63,990 bases of DNA, filler included, from Asterionella formosa (GCA_002256025.1; 5 parts of 5 records of this genome joined end to end with filler, not necessarily neighbours in it), one strand, 5' to 3'; shown: positions 1 through 12,963, numbered from the whole stretch's first letter. Notes: a model not told the origin generated them from the letters alone. Made by a program: numbers and translations.

Positions 1-1526
1 AAAGGATGATACCAGGTACCGGTTGTATGTCAAATACAGGAAGTATGCACAGTGCACAAATTAGTGACACTGGCATCATTCCCTTCTCCCACACAACATT
101 GCTACCAGTATATACATGGATAGGGAGGATATAAATCATCAAGTGTAGTGGCAATAAGAGCCCATGGATCCATTGATTCAACAAGTTGTATGTGTGTTCT
201 TCTTGCTCTTCTCCTTGTTGTATCATGTCTGTCTGTATCCTTTTTATATTCATCTAGTATATATCATTTTATGTTGTACAAATTCAAGTTCCATCATATA
301 ACCATTACTATGCTGCTCTCATCCAACTTGATTACATTTACATTACATTACCATATATTTACATTTACATTCATTATAGATTATCAACAAGGAGGGACTG
401 AGTCTTAGCTAACTAATGCTATCATCATGCAGGGAACCATAATGTCATATGTCCAAAAGTCAAGGAAGCCCATATCCAATGTGGTACAATACCAAGAAGT
501 ACAATTGGAAGTACTATAGCCGACTCAGCATACACTCCTATTTCTAGTAGGCAAAAATTTCATTGTGCTGCTACCCACCAACAAGCAAGACCTGCTTCCC
601 TAGTTCTGTTAGTGTAGCTGAGTCCCCAACCACCTTTTGCAAAAGTAGCATTAGGGGAAACTTGCTCCAACTCCAAATGCCTAGGAAGGCGACAGAAGCT
701 CCTTGTGTGTTGGGGGGGGGGGGGGGCCACCCCAATTACTGCTGGAAACACATTTTAGAGTATTCAGAAAACAATGGGTGCAATTCTGTTTTCCCAAAGT
801 ACCATCTTGAAAAAGTTTCCATTGCCAATCCCGGACCCACAGAGACCTGTTCACTTTGCCCCATTTCTTTTGCGTATCATGGGAAACCCGCCATCAATTC
901 ACCATTCATCCCATTAATTGCAAATGCTGGCTCCCACCAGCCAGGGCGGTTACTGGCAACTTTATCATCTGCTGTGCTTGTTCCAAACCTCATGTAATAT
1001 ACTCATATCGAATAATACAGGCATCAAATGAACTTTATGATTTAAAAACTGAGTATAATTTTATATTCATATCAACACTCATTGATATCAATTCTCTACT
1101 GCCATGTCATTGTTCCTCATTTGTTTTTAGGGAGAGGCAGGCGATAATATCTGTTTGACCATTGTTGCCATATGCTTATCTAGTGCTGGAGTGGCAGATT
1201 TTTACATCCAAATTCATCAAAACATCACCATGCGCTTGGTGTGGGGAGGCCAGGTCAACGATGAAAATGACTCTGGGTTGTAAGAGAAAATGTCAAAACA
1301 TGGCAGGGTGAAGCAGATATGCAAGAAGCATACTAAATTGTCCCAAATGAATGGAGAATGTTCAGTCACTTTATAAATTCAGTTAATAATAGAACATGCA
1401 TAAATACAATGAACATGACTGCTATCAAACACCACCCTTGGCACATGTTACACTTTGTATGGAACATATTTTACCCTATTGTATGATGCCTGGTACATTT
1501 GTACGGTATATATAAAGTTTTGATGG

Positions 1527-1568
1527 TTAAGGTTCCTGCATTTGAACCCCTAGCTCGAGGTAGGGTTA
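1527..1568 (+). repeat. Isolated terminus of the foldback element family
   Basis: TTAAGGTTCCTGCATTTGAACCCC (1527-1550) is identical to 18857-18880. It is followed by the same AACCC..TAGGGTT subterminal hairpin. Confidence 0.75.
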
Positions 1569-1980
1569 AAAAGTATTGAGTCAGACTAATCAAACACGCC
1601 CTCTTTAGAGCATATTGTGCAGAAAACGGGTGGAAATTAGTTGAGAGGTACCTGGTACTGTAGTACCGGTAGGTAGGTAGGTCCTGATTGAATCACTGAT
1701 CTAGTAATGACCACAATGTCGTTCGAAAGGCATGCTGGTAGTCATCAAAGACTTCTTTTATTGGAGAATAGACAATGACTTAGTAGACACATGTAGGAAC
1801 TTGGGTGCTGAGAAACTACAACTACAACCAATAATAATAATATATTATACATAATGTAAATACTCTATTATGCAATGGAAGAAGTTGAGAAATCACCGTA
1901 CCAGGTACTGTGCCAACCAACGTACCGGTATGGCCCTATGTAAGTACGCACAAGACAACCATTCGAAATAGAAATCGTTC

Positions 1981-2195
1981 TGTCGAACCGGATCATCTCC
2001 GGTACTAGCCAAGTCATCAATGACCCAAATGACAGAACCTATGACCGCGAGTCCCGGGGGTTGAACAATAAGGCTAGTAAGTTATGTCATGGCCGCTGAT
2101 TAGTATGCATAAAATGACAAAAGGACATCAAAAATAAACATTGCTTTCACACTGATGTTATGAATTGCACCTCATTTAATACCATTTTTATATAA
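1981..2195 (+). promoter_or_regulatory. Putative promoter motifs conserved with the paralogous GT61 gene
   Basis: CGAACCGGA (1984), TTTCACAC (2145), TTGCA (2165) and TTTATATAA (2187) recur in the same order on the minus strand at 8407-8316. Confidence 0.45.
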
Positions 2196-2291
2196 GAAAT
2201 AAATCTCTACCATCATCATTCATTGACATTGCAGGCCAACATATTTCGTTCGTCTCTCCACTCTCTCCTCTCACATCATCACAGTTGTTCA

Positions 2292-3818
2292 ATGATGAAA
2301 GGCTACTCAAATGTGTTGCTATGGGTCTGTTGTATTGTCGCACTCAACTACTTTGATGTTGATGGGATTACGGAAATGTGTAGGCGAGGGTTGCAAATGA
2401 AACCAACGATTGATCCAATGATTCAACAAGTGGTATGTTACGACGAACGAAAAGAATATAGTGCTTGTATCTAGCAAATCACCTGTTTCGAGTTTCGTAC
2501 TGGTTGGTATCTCACCAATGTCTTTCTTCCTTTCCTACTACCATACTATACCGTACTTATCATACGTACTACCGTATCGTACTACTATCATACACTACCA
2601 TACAACTACTACTTCCGTACTACATACTACCCTTGCCCCCAGGTCATCAACAAGGACGGAGTGTGTCTTAACAAGCGACACCATGCGAGCATTCACGACG
2701 AGCGTCCCAACGTCAAGGAAGCCTATGTCAAATGGTACAATACCAATTACAATTGGGAGTACTACGACAAGACACTTCCCAAGGTGGGCAAGATCTCAAA
2801 TCCAAAATTGGTAGTCTGGGAGACCATGGGAAAGACAACATTAACTAGTTTGTGGTCCCCAACGACCAAAGTGGTTGCCAAAGGACTTGGATGGAATCCT
2901 GCACCCGCCCATGACATTGTGCCAACCCGAACGTTGGTTGGGAAATTTGGCTTTTACACCACGTGGTTTACTGGACATTACGGTCATTTCAATCATGACT
3001 ACCTACCCTCGTTGGCGTATGTGAGGAAGATGGCAATGACAGCCTATGGAGATGAAGCCAGATTTATTCTTGTTGACTATCATCGCAACAAGGAACTGAT
3101 CAAGTTCATGGACCCTGCCTTTTACGAGCTGGTGGAATGGATCAAGATTAGAGAAGTTGTCATAATTGAAGGAGAGGTCCTATACATTGAACCGATAGGT
3201 CTACCTGAGATGGCTGGCCATGCTATCACGGCGTATCAACGGGAATGGATGGTCGAAACTCATCCATTTGATCAGGCTGATTTTGATGCAAATAAGCATG
3301 TACTCTACTATGATAGAGTTGGTTCAACTGGTGTAAATCACGGACGTGTGTTGGATGCTGATCTTCAGAAGGAAATTATCATCGCTATTCGTGCTGCAAT
3401 GGAAAAGCATGGACTTGGAGATCAAGAGCTTGTCATATTCAATGGCCAAAAAGAAAACGGAGAAGCAATGTCTCCAGAGGAACAATTTCAGGCCTTTCGT
3501 CGAGCCAGTACACTGATTGGTCCACATGGCACTGGATTTAGCAACATGATATGGACCAACCCCAATCCAAATTCTTGTGAAAATCGCACTCAGTTGCTTG
3601 AATTTGTTGTCGGAGCCGACGTACAACAAGTACAATGCTTATATGGTGGATACTATCGTTCCTTTCGAGCTCTCCCAATAGACTATCATGAAATATTCTA
3701 TCAGATTCCCTCGACAAATGCAAAGACATTCATCAGTATTCTAGAGCTTGAGAATGCGTTGGATGTAATGTGGGGTGGCAATCAGACAATTCACATTGAT
3801 GAATCAGTACTTCAATAG
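2292..3818 (+). CDS. Glycosyltransferase family 61 (DUF563)-like type II membrane protein, paralog 1
   Basis: Exons 2292-2432 and 2643-3818 (GT..AG, phase 0, in frame). N-terminal hydrophobic anchor. GT61-type motifs HYGHFNHDYLP and ASTLIGPHGTGFSN. Confidence 0.8.
2535..2630 (+). repeat. Degenerate (TAC/CAT)n low-complexity tract in intron
   Basis: Run of tactac/catac/cgtac units inside intron 2433-2642. Confidence 0.6.
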
Positions 3819-4847
3819 ATTTTGCTATTGAAACATCACACTACGTATATAAACCTATTTATTTATATATATACCGGTATCTACTCTGAGAAATGCTTTG
3901 CAAATTTTCATCTTTGTTTTCGTCAAGTCGTCATGTCATGCCCATTTGACAATCAACCACACTAACTATTAACGCTTCGACAGCTGGCTGTGATCACAGA
4001 GTCAACATCAAGAATACCTCATTTTCCATTTTCCGAACAAAAGGTGTTAAGTTTAGTGTCATCCCATCTGGTGTGGCCTTATCGTGATGTTTGGTTTTGC
4101 CATGGAACTGGAAGATGACAGAAGAGCCAACCCATGAAACAGAAAATGAGAATGTTTTTCATCCTTGTTTGATGAATAGTTTGGGTTGATTGTTGGTGAT
4201 TAATTATTTTAGTCGTGACTCAAGGTTTCGTTGGATATCATTTCCGTAGTATCAATTCCGTTACATATTGAAATATATCATCCCTACATGATTAGATGTA
4301 TCATGTATGTCGTATTGAAAATGTATTTATGTATGAGTGTGCTCGGAGGGGTATAATGGCTGATGGTTGGCGCGACTCCGTGCTGACGAGTTTGTTACGA
4401 CAAACGCACGCCCACCGGTGTACACGTGGCTGAATTAGTGGCGATTCTTCATCAGCCGTCATCATCCATGACGATGCTGCGGAATTCGTCCTAAGAAATT
4501 ACGTACATAGGAACCAGTCGTCTATGTACCGTTAATAAATCGGTAGGCAGATATGCTTACGCACCGGTACCAGTACTATTCCTCATTACCGGTACATCGT
4601 CGTCAGTGACTGTGATTGTTTTGCCCGCAGGACAGTCACATCGCCGTCTCCGCCCATCCTTGCCCTTTTATCCCACATCTGAAACAGGGTGCCGCTTGTC
4701 AGATTGTTCCAGCTGCTTCACATCTTTCAAAGCCATTGCTGTGCGTATTATTTGTTCGCGCCTCGATACTTTCGTGTCGTTCTAGATCGAGAAAAGCAGT
4801 TTCAGACCCTCAGGTTCTTCTTTGTCATTTTGTATCTACCCTTTTTC

Positions 4848-6044
4848 ATGTACTCCATACCACAATGCTGTCTCGCAATAGGGTGCATGCTGATGTTCTT
4901 GCTTCCATCCCATTCCCATGCCTTTATGTTACCGGTAGTACCTAAAAATGGCGGTAGGTCCCATCACCAGCCTCCACTTTGGCTTGCCTGGCGACAAACA
5001 AATCCTACTTCTCGTCCTACGAATACAAACGGAGACAACAACAAGAACAACAAATATGAGGAACCACTCATATCCCTAGAGGGACCTTCCACTGCATACT
5101 TTGATCCACAATCTGAAGGAGAATCTTGTTTGCTGGCATCGGATGACGATTCAACCTTTGCCTCTGCTGCGACTGAAAATGAAAAGCGTTTGACACAAAT
5201 CATTGATGCCTTTTTATTTTACATTCCCATTGTGTCTCCCATTTTGGCCTTTTTTTCCTACGAGACAATAGCATCTGTATCAGATTCGGCCATTCACATT
5301 TTGGCACAAAATACTTGGGTCGCTGTGGATGGGGGAATTTATGAAGCCAAAATGATTGCACCCGCAATCAATGGGGTTGTTATCCCTGCCATTACTATTC
5401 TATTTGCGACACTGCTTTCCAATACATTTTCGACATTACGACAACAACAACAAGATGTCCGGACAGCAATTAATACAGAAGCTGGAGAATTACGAGTCTT
5501 GTCCAGCATGGTGGATGCCTTTGAACCCAAAAGTGCACAAATACAGTGTCGATCGTACTTGTTACAATACACAACTCGATTGATTGCTGAATCACAACAA
5601 GGGAATAAGTTTCAAAATTTGGTTGCGGGAGATTCAGAAATGAATGGATTCTTAACCACCTTGAATGGTATGACACGATCAGAGACGCCATCCCTAATTA
5701 TTGCAGAAAGTTATGCAGCAGTAACGAGATTGAACTCTGAACGTTCCCAGCGAATTTCAAGTTTGCAGTCAACCTTCCCCGCATTACACTTTGGTATCTT
5801 GACAGCACTTGCTATTAGTATTTGTTTCGCATTTTTGATGGAAACCAATTTGGATTTGATATCCTTCTTTGATGCTGTACAACTCAAAATTTTATGGACC
5901 ATGTTGATTGGAACCTTTTCAGCACTTGGTGTGGTGTGTTATGATTTGGGTGATCCATTTCGGGGATCCTATCAGATTGGCAAAACGGTAAATCAATTGT
6001 ATACAATTCGGGATGTTGTTAGGGCTGCAGGGAACATGCGATAA
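4848..6044 (+). CDS. Multi-pass membrane protein, DUF4239/bestrophin-like, probable plastid presequence
   Basis: Likely start MYSIPQCCLAIGCMLMFLLPSHSHA-FMLP is a signal peptide with +1 Phe. About 4 hydrophobic segments. Motifs AINTEAGEL, ERSQRISSLQS and DLGDPFRGSYQI. Confidence 0.65.
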   Translation: MYSIPQCCLAIGCMLMFLLPSHSHAFMLPVVPKNGGRSHHQPPLWLAWRQTNPTSRPTNTNGDNNKNNKYEEPLISLEGPSTAYFDPQSEGESCLLASDDDSTFASAATENEKRLTQIIDAFLFYIPIVSPILAFFSYETIASVSDSAIHILAQNTWVAVDGGIYEAKMIAPAINGVVIPAITILFATLLSNTFSTLRQQQQDVRTAINTEAGELRVLSSMVDAFEPKSAQIQCRSYLLQYTTRLIAESQQGNKFQNLVAGDSEMNGFLTTLNGMTRSETPSLIIAESYAAVTRLNSERSQRISSLQSTFPALHFGILTALAISICFAFLMETNLDLISFFDAVQLKILWTMLIGTFSALGVVCYDLGDPFRGSYQIGKTVNQLYTIRDVVRAAGNMR

Positions 6045-6606
6045 TGGTCACCNNNNNNNNNNNNNNNNNNNNNNNNNNNNNNNNNNNNNNNNNNNNNNNN
6101 NNNNNNNNNNNNNNNNNNNNNNNNNNNNNNNNNNNNNNNNNNNNNNNNNNNNNNNNNNNNNNNNNNNNNNNNNNNNNNNNNNNNNNNNNNNNNNNNNNNN
6201 NNNNNNNNNNNNNNNNNNNNNNNNNNNNNNNNNNNNNNNNNNNNNNNNNNNNNNNNNNNNNNNNNNNNNNNNNNNNNNNNNNNNNNNNNNNNNNNNNNNN
6301 NNNNNNNNNNNNNNNNNNNNNNNNNNNNNNNNNNNNNNNNNNNNNNNNNNNNNNNNNNNNNNNNNNNNNNNNNNNNNNNNNNNNNNNNNNNNNNNNNNNN
6401 NNNNNNNNNNNNNNNNNNNNNNNNNNNNNNNNNNNNNAAAATGAATCAATAAAAATCCAGTCGCTACCATTGTTTGGAGTTTGTTTCCATAAAAAATCTT
6501 GCAAGTACGACAAAAAATTTAAAAAAAGATATACAAGGTGCCATGATTTTCTGTTGCTTGGGAACAACTTTACACTATAGCACTGACCGACTGCGCGCAT
6601 GATGTA

Positions 6607-8076
6607 CTACATTGGTTCAAGGAAGGGTTGAATTCGGGGCTCGACATAAATGACCTGTTTGCCACCCCACATATCATCCAATGCACTCTCCAGCTCTGAA
6701 ATGCTGATGAACGTCTTGGCATTCGTTGATGGAAGCTGATAAAAAATTTCATTATAATCCAACGGAAGTCCTCGTAAGGAGCGGTAGTATCCACCGTATT
6801 TGCATTGTACATGTGCTGTATCCTCCCCAGGTACAAACTCCAATACATGTGTGCGTGCTTCACAAGATTTCGGATTAGGGTTGGTCCAAACCATATTGCT
6901 AAATCCAGTACCATGGGGACCAATAAGTGTACTGGCTCGGCGAAAGGCCAGAAACTGCTCCTCAGGTGACAATGCTTCTCCGTTTTCGTTTTGGCCATTG
7001 AACAACACAAGCTCTTGATCTCCAAGTCCATGCTTGTCCATGGATTTACGAATAGCGATGATAATTTCCTTTTGATGATCAACATCCAAAACTCGCCCAT
7101 GATTTACACCACTTGAGCCAACTCTATCGTAATAAAGTACATGCTTGTTGACATCGAAATCAGCCTGATCAAATGGATGAGCTTCTACCATCCATTCACG
7201 AAGGTACGCCATGAGAGCATGACCAGCAATCTCCGGAATACTTAGGGGTTCAATGTAGGTCACCTCGCCTTCGATTTTGACAACTTCGTTATCCGAAATC
7301 CAATCAATTCGCTCATAAAATACAGGGTCCATAAACTTGACCACTTCTTTGCTACGCCAAAATTCAACTAAAATAAATCTTGTTTCATCGCCATATGCTG
7401 TCATGGTCACCTTTCTCATGTAGGCAAGTGTTGGCAAGAAATCGTGATTGAAATGACCGTAATGCCCCGTGAACCATGACGTGTAGAACCCATATTTCCC
7501 TACCAATGTTCGGGTAGGCATGATGGAGGGGTTTGGAGGAGCATCCCAACCAGGGCCAGTGGCATAATGGCTCGCATCTGTTGGTGTCCAAAGGCTGGAG
7601 CTTGTGTTGGAGGCATGGGTTTCCCAGACGACTAGATTTGGATTTTGCATCTTGTGTACTTTTGGTAGGTCAGCATCGAATCTATCCCATCTCCAGTTGT
7701 CTTGATAAAACTTTGCATATTCTTCCTTCACTCCTGGACGTTTATCATGGATACTGGCATGATAGCGTTTATTTAGGCAAACGCCATCGTGGCCCATGAT
7801 CTACAATACAATTGGGCATGATGAGTTAGTCGGTGTATCAGCAGAGTGAGAGTTGGCAATAAATAAATAAATGCATAAGACTTCTTTGTAAAGTGGAAAG
7901 TCCAAGTCTTCTTCCAAACCCTTACTTACCACACGCTGAATCAAGGGATCGATTACTGCCGTTGTATTCCCTTGCAATGCTCGACTGTAATAATCCGCAA
8001 TGTCATCACCGTTGAAGAAGGTAGTGACTGCAGCAACACAGAAAGCCCAAATGACAACCGTAGCGGAAACCTTCAT
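6607..8076 (-). CDS. Glycosyltransferase family 61 (DUF563)-like protein, paralog 2
   Basis: Exons 8076-7930 and 7800-6607. The intron is at the same position and phase as in paralog 1. Long identical peptide stretches are shared, e.g. FDQADFD.NKHVLYYDRVGS.GVNHGRVLD. Confidence 0.8.
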
Positions 8077-9499
8077 AACGATTGGACTGTAACAGATTGT
8101 TCTAAGCTGCTGTTTGTGTGAAAGGATGGTTTCGTTTTGTGTGTCAAAAGGTTGAAATGATTGATTGAACCTAAATAATGTCGGTTCTCCTCCTCCGTGA
8201 TTCTATGTAACTAGGGATGGGGATTGGGGAATGGAAAGAAATTGTACGGAAAATTGTTATTGACAATGAAAAGAATAAGACTTTTATTTAGCAGAACGAC
8301 AAAAAGAAATATATTTTATATAAAGAGATGCAAAGAAGCCGGTGTGAAATAGCCTCTATGAGAGCCACCAAAATAGTCATCTCGGCATTTTGGGGATCTC
8401 CGGTTCGTCACAATACAGGTATGTCTGTAGAGTCTGTAGTGTGGATCATGGGAAATGATAATTTCAGGCTGGTCTGACATTATACCGGTATATCATACCG
8501 TACATGCACGTGAAAAGTGCTTGAATGTATCTTGTGTTGCAAAAATAGCTACTAAAGTACTACCGGTACCAGTTTGTGCTTACCTGTAGGTTTCAGGTTG
8601 CATATAGTACCCGTAGTAGCCTTGTAGGACGAGGCTATCTCTCTATATGTAATCCGACATCGCTCATACATACACAAATAATGGCAAGGCAACGTAAGTA
8701 CCGTTTGTGTTGTAAGCGAAACAAAACGACAAAGCAAAACATCTCGACAAAACTAAAGGAACAACACCCGGGATTCCAACGTGGTCCCCCACCGTAGTAC
8801 TAACCGGGCCCGATGATGCTTGACTTCGCTGAGCAGACGGGAAGCGGTATTGTCATCATGGTATGGTCGTTCCTGTCAGTAATCATGTCAATAAAATGTA
8901 TAAATAGTTCCAATGATACTACCGGTGCCCTATTCCATATGTATGTAGGTACCATTACCCTCACCTGGTACATGGTACGAGGTTCTCCCATGTGATTGTA
9001 AACTTTTTAAAAGCTTAAAATTTTGTGTTTGACATTGCTCACCACCCCACCATGATGAAGAAGAATAATACATGATACCGGTAAAGGTACCTGATGATGG
9101 TGTTCCTGTTAGTTCACTAACGGCATGTACTGGCTGGTACTCTCTGGTAATATGCATAAACAGCAGACTGGCTGGTACACCACGACAAAACTGGCTGACA
9201 AAAGAAGATAAATCGTCTGTTCAGAAGGTTCCCTCAGGGTGGCAGTTAGGGATACTGCCAATATTATGTACATGGCCACACGACCCTATTATTCGCAATC
9301 AGTGGGTTAAATTGGTAAATCACCACTGCTGGCTAGCAAGCAAGCTTATCATGGCATCAAGAAACAAAACTGGGTATACCACACCTCCACCTTCCTCTAC
9401 TACATAAATGCAGGTTTTATGGGCTCCTGATCACTGTTACCAAGCAATGTCTCTTCAGGCTACCATGCAACCTATTCTCCTAACATGGTAGAATAGTTT

Positions 9500-9535
9500 T
9501 AAGCTGCCATTACAAGCTAAGCTGCCATTACAAGC
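9500..9535 (+). repeat. Perfect 18-bp tandem duplication
   Basis: TAAGCTGCCATTACAAGC x2. Confidence 0.85.
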
Positions 9536-10826
9536 AAGAGCGAGTTAGCTAAATATATATGAAGTAGTGCATGATTGATGACATTAGTAGTAAGGATGGT
9601 GCCGCTTGTGGTTGAACAAGTTTAGATTCTTGTACAGATCTGCTTCTTTCAATACACATTTCGGAAAGCACTTGCTGACTTACACTTTTGAAGTTGAGGT
9701 GCATAGGGTTATGTACAGAACAAGATGACTGCAAGGGAGTATTCAATTGCCAGACATTACATTGAATAAATATGTTGTGAAAACTTTGGTCCTTGTGAGT
9801 AATGCATTGGAGATTTTATTGGCTTGCTGGAATAGAGTAAGTTGGTAGTGATATTTATGCTTGAACTATCCACCAGGAGTGTCCCAAATACTATATTTCC
9901 CATAAGTTTTTATGCATTCAATCATGAGAATAGCGCAAGTGGATTTTTAGAGGTAAGGTACTAGCATTGCAATTAGTAGAGCCAGTTGTGGAGAGAAAGA
10001 ATCAGGGCTGAGGGAGGGACAGCTCATTTTGGTCCAATGAAATCACCAATCCACCAGATGAAAGTAACATTTTTAAAGTGCTAGGAGGATGGTGGAGCTC
10101 CTGTCACTTCTTGTTGGGCTGGGGGAAAGAATGCAAATAAAGAATGTCATGTTGGCATTAGATACTAGTACTGCACAACCACCTGTTGAGCTGGATGACA
10201 CCACAAACCAGTACATGGCAAATCGAGCCTTGATATTGGAATCAGCTGTTCAGTTTGCCTCCTTGGTGGCCGCTCATCAAATTGATATGTTAACTAGAAA
10301 CTTAAGGCACATTGATGTTACCAGTCTTTTGGAGCGTTCTATCACCTTTCCAAGGGTGGATTAGAAGAGATATAAGTGTTGCAATAGTTTTTACAAATAA
10401 TTGTTGATCTTCGCATGGTTGCTTGCCGGTGTACCAATGTGAGGCATAATTACAAGCATTCAACAAGGATCCAAGAGTTGGCTCCTTAGTCCTGTTACCT
10501 GGTATTCCCACAGGTTGAAAAGAGTTGCCACAATTTGCAGTGACTTACTTTAGTTTAAAGCAGCTCAGCTCATTTTTAGGACATATTGCATTAAAACATA
10601 CCATATTAAAGTTTGGCAATCATCTAATTGGTGCAAGGTGAGCATGCAATTCCACATCACAGTATAGTACTTTATGCATCATGGCAGACAATTCAACAGC
10701 TCCTGGCAGCAATAACAAGCTAACCATCTATTTTTTCAACCTCATTATTGACTCTTTTGCGGATGCAAAATCCACAATCTAGTATAATTTGACACTTTTT
10801 GACAGTTACATGCTTCCTTAAAAATG

Positions 10827-10861
10827 GTAGGAGTATCAAATATCATTGGTGATACTCCTAC
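10827..10861. repeat. Perfect 12-bp inverted repeat (hairpin)
   Basis: GTAGGAGTATCA / TGATACTCCTAC with an 11-nt loop, ~155 bp downstream of the stop of the 11016-11917 gene. Confidence 0.7.
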
Positions 10862-11015
10862 TATGCTGGCCATACAATGTACAACTGCAACACAGTTATG
10901 ATATAAACACTGACCAATTTTTTACATATATAAATCATTAACTATAGATTTAACTTACAATACTTTGTGAAAGTGCACCCCACCTTGACTCCTAGGTGCA
11001 GAATAGTTAGTGATT

Positions 11016-11917
11016 CTAAGCGATGCAAGTTGCAGTAATACAGATGCTACCAGTCTTCAATGTCTTTCCCTTTTTGGGTTTTCCACCAGTTTCACTCAAT
11101 TGAATAGTTCCCATCTCCGCTGACATGGAAACACCATAATTGAACAACGTGTTTTCATTTTCTGGGGACAAGTCAATCCTGGCAATAAACAGGATGGCAG
11201 GAGATTCCACATCGTCAGGAAAAAAAATGATGTCATCATTGGTTGATGTACCTTTGACAATGAGTCCTTTCTCAATAGTGAATCTGGTTTTGTCACCAGT
11301 ATCAAGGACCAATCCAGCAAGAAAACCAGGGAAAACAATTCCCAGGACGTAAACAGACATGGTTTCGCAATCATACAATGCTATACCAAGTCCCAATATC
11401 ACTTTGTTCTCATCCACGCCAGCATTGGGTTTTTTACCAGTTGGCTCCAACATGGTGTAACAAGGAGGAGAATAGCAAAAGGGGAAAATGCTACTAAAGT
11501 CTTCGTTCGAAAGCTGACCCAGAAGTTCTTCAATGTTAGTTCCAATTTCCCTCTTGATTGCAGATGCCGGGCAAGCCTTTGCAACAAACATCTTGCGACG
11601 CTTCATATCTGCAATAAGATTGACTTGTCCCTGGGCTACAAGCTGGCTTTGTTTAAGATCAACCCATTGAGACAAAATAGGAATCTTATCAGTAATGGCA
11701 TTGATAATCTGGGCCTAAAGTCATGATAGGGAGTGTTTGTTAGCACACCACCTTTAGCAAGAGCAAAAGCTGCCATTATGAATTAGAGGCCAATAAAAGC
11801 CCACCATTTACTTACATTAGTTGGCTGTGCATCTGCGGTGACACCGAAGCTGAACACCAAAGCAGTCACTCCAAAGAATGCCCACTTCTTGGTGCGTTCA
11901 AGGTTGTTGAAAATCAT
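11016..11917 (-). CDS. Secreted protein of unknown function
   Basis: Exons 11917-11816 and 11714-11016 (GTAAGT..TTTAG, in frame). Signal peptide MIFNNLERTKKWAFFGVTALVFSFGVTADA. Several Cys. No family recognised. Confidence 0.7.
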
Positions 11918-12863
11918 GGTCTTGGCTAACTCCCAGGAGAAATGAATGAATGAATGAGTGAGTGAGTAAATAGATAACACAAAGGAAGAAGTTAGGTGCA
12001 TAGTTTGAATGAAGACGATTGCAACAAATCAAAGACTTTCTTTGATGATACCTACCACCCGTCTGGACTGCCTGATTTGACAGTGCCCTGGTAACTATAA
12101 TGGGTAGCATGATGCATGAATCATCACTAGTACTCTGACAAGTTGGCAGCTCTCTGTTGGTGTTTAATGCATACATAGATCCACCACTTACAATTTGCTA
12201 AGGATAGAAAGATCAACAGTGGTGCGGAAACGACGTTGTTATACAGTTTTTGTGTGCGTAGCGATAAAATGTGATGCGATTGTACAAGCCATCCAACGTT
12301 GTTCGCGTAGTACGCAGGTACACAACGTAATCCAAAATCGATGTTTCAAAACAAAGCAAAAATGACGTTCAACAATGTGTAAAGCGATGTTAGGACGAAT
12401 GTCATACCGGTGTCTCGTACGGAACAATCCTATAATCAAGGGAGCAAAAGCGTTTGCTCGAGGATGCATGACATGTATGATATGGCAATTTCATCCACTC
12501 ATGGAATTGGTCCTTCAAAAATTTAGTGTCTCATGCAAACCAGTACTGGTACATATATACTGTACTCCATTTGGTACAGGATGCCGCACGTCGCTCTTAA
12601 ATCTTTTATAAAATGGATGTGTTGACTATAATGTCGCAATGCTATAAATGTAAGAATGTCATACTAATTTCTGTATTGCGTAATACCATAGAAACAACAA
12701 ACTCGGTTTTTTCACAAACATGTGTTTTGGAACCTGAGGGCCGTTCTTATCATTCTGTTATTTGTTGTCATTGGTGTATCATCGCCGAAATATGATACAA
12801 AAATGGCGGTTTGGTTTTTTTTTGTGTATCACCAACGGTTTTTTTGGTCTGATCACCGGTGTA

Positions 12864-12963
12864 NNNNNNNNNNNNNNNNNNNNNNNNNNNNNNNNNNNNN
12901 NNNNNNNTTAATTAATTAANNNNNNNNNNNNNNNNNNNNNNNNNNNNNNNNNNNNNNNNNNNN
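12864..12963. other. Artificial scaffold linker (44N-TTAATTAATTAA-44N)
   Basis: The identical 100-bp linker occurs four times at ~12.9 kb spacing. Confidence 0.97.

Noticed and set aside
427..438. ATGCAGGGAACC resembling the foldback right TIR
   Set aside because: It has an extra base, no TTAA flank and the wrong orientation relative to 1527. Likely chance.
400..1300. Possible decayed minus-strand gene and short plus-strand ORFs
   Set aside because: Multiple stops and no recognisable motif, so it cannot be assigned.
6013..6600. ORFs spanning N runs (also 14227-14551, 20037-20496, 23556-24525, 48044-49141, 55070-55868)
   Set aside because: These are artefacts of translating assembly gaps.
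8800..10560. Scattered short ORFs with coding-like composition
   Set aside because: Probably decayed gene or TE remnants. No family is recognisable and no consistent frame exists.
12239..12863. Possible Tc1/mariner-like ends (TACAGT.. / ..CACCGGTGTA)
   Set aside because: The two ends are not inverted repeats of each other, and the right one abuts the scaffold end.
12908..12919. TTAATTAATTAA recurring every ~12.9 kb
   Set aside because: Synthetic linker, not a biological repeat.
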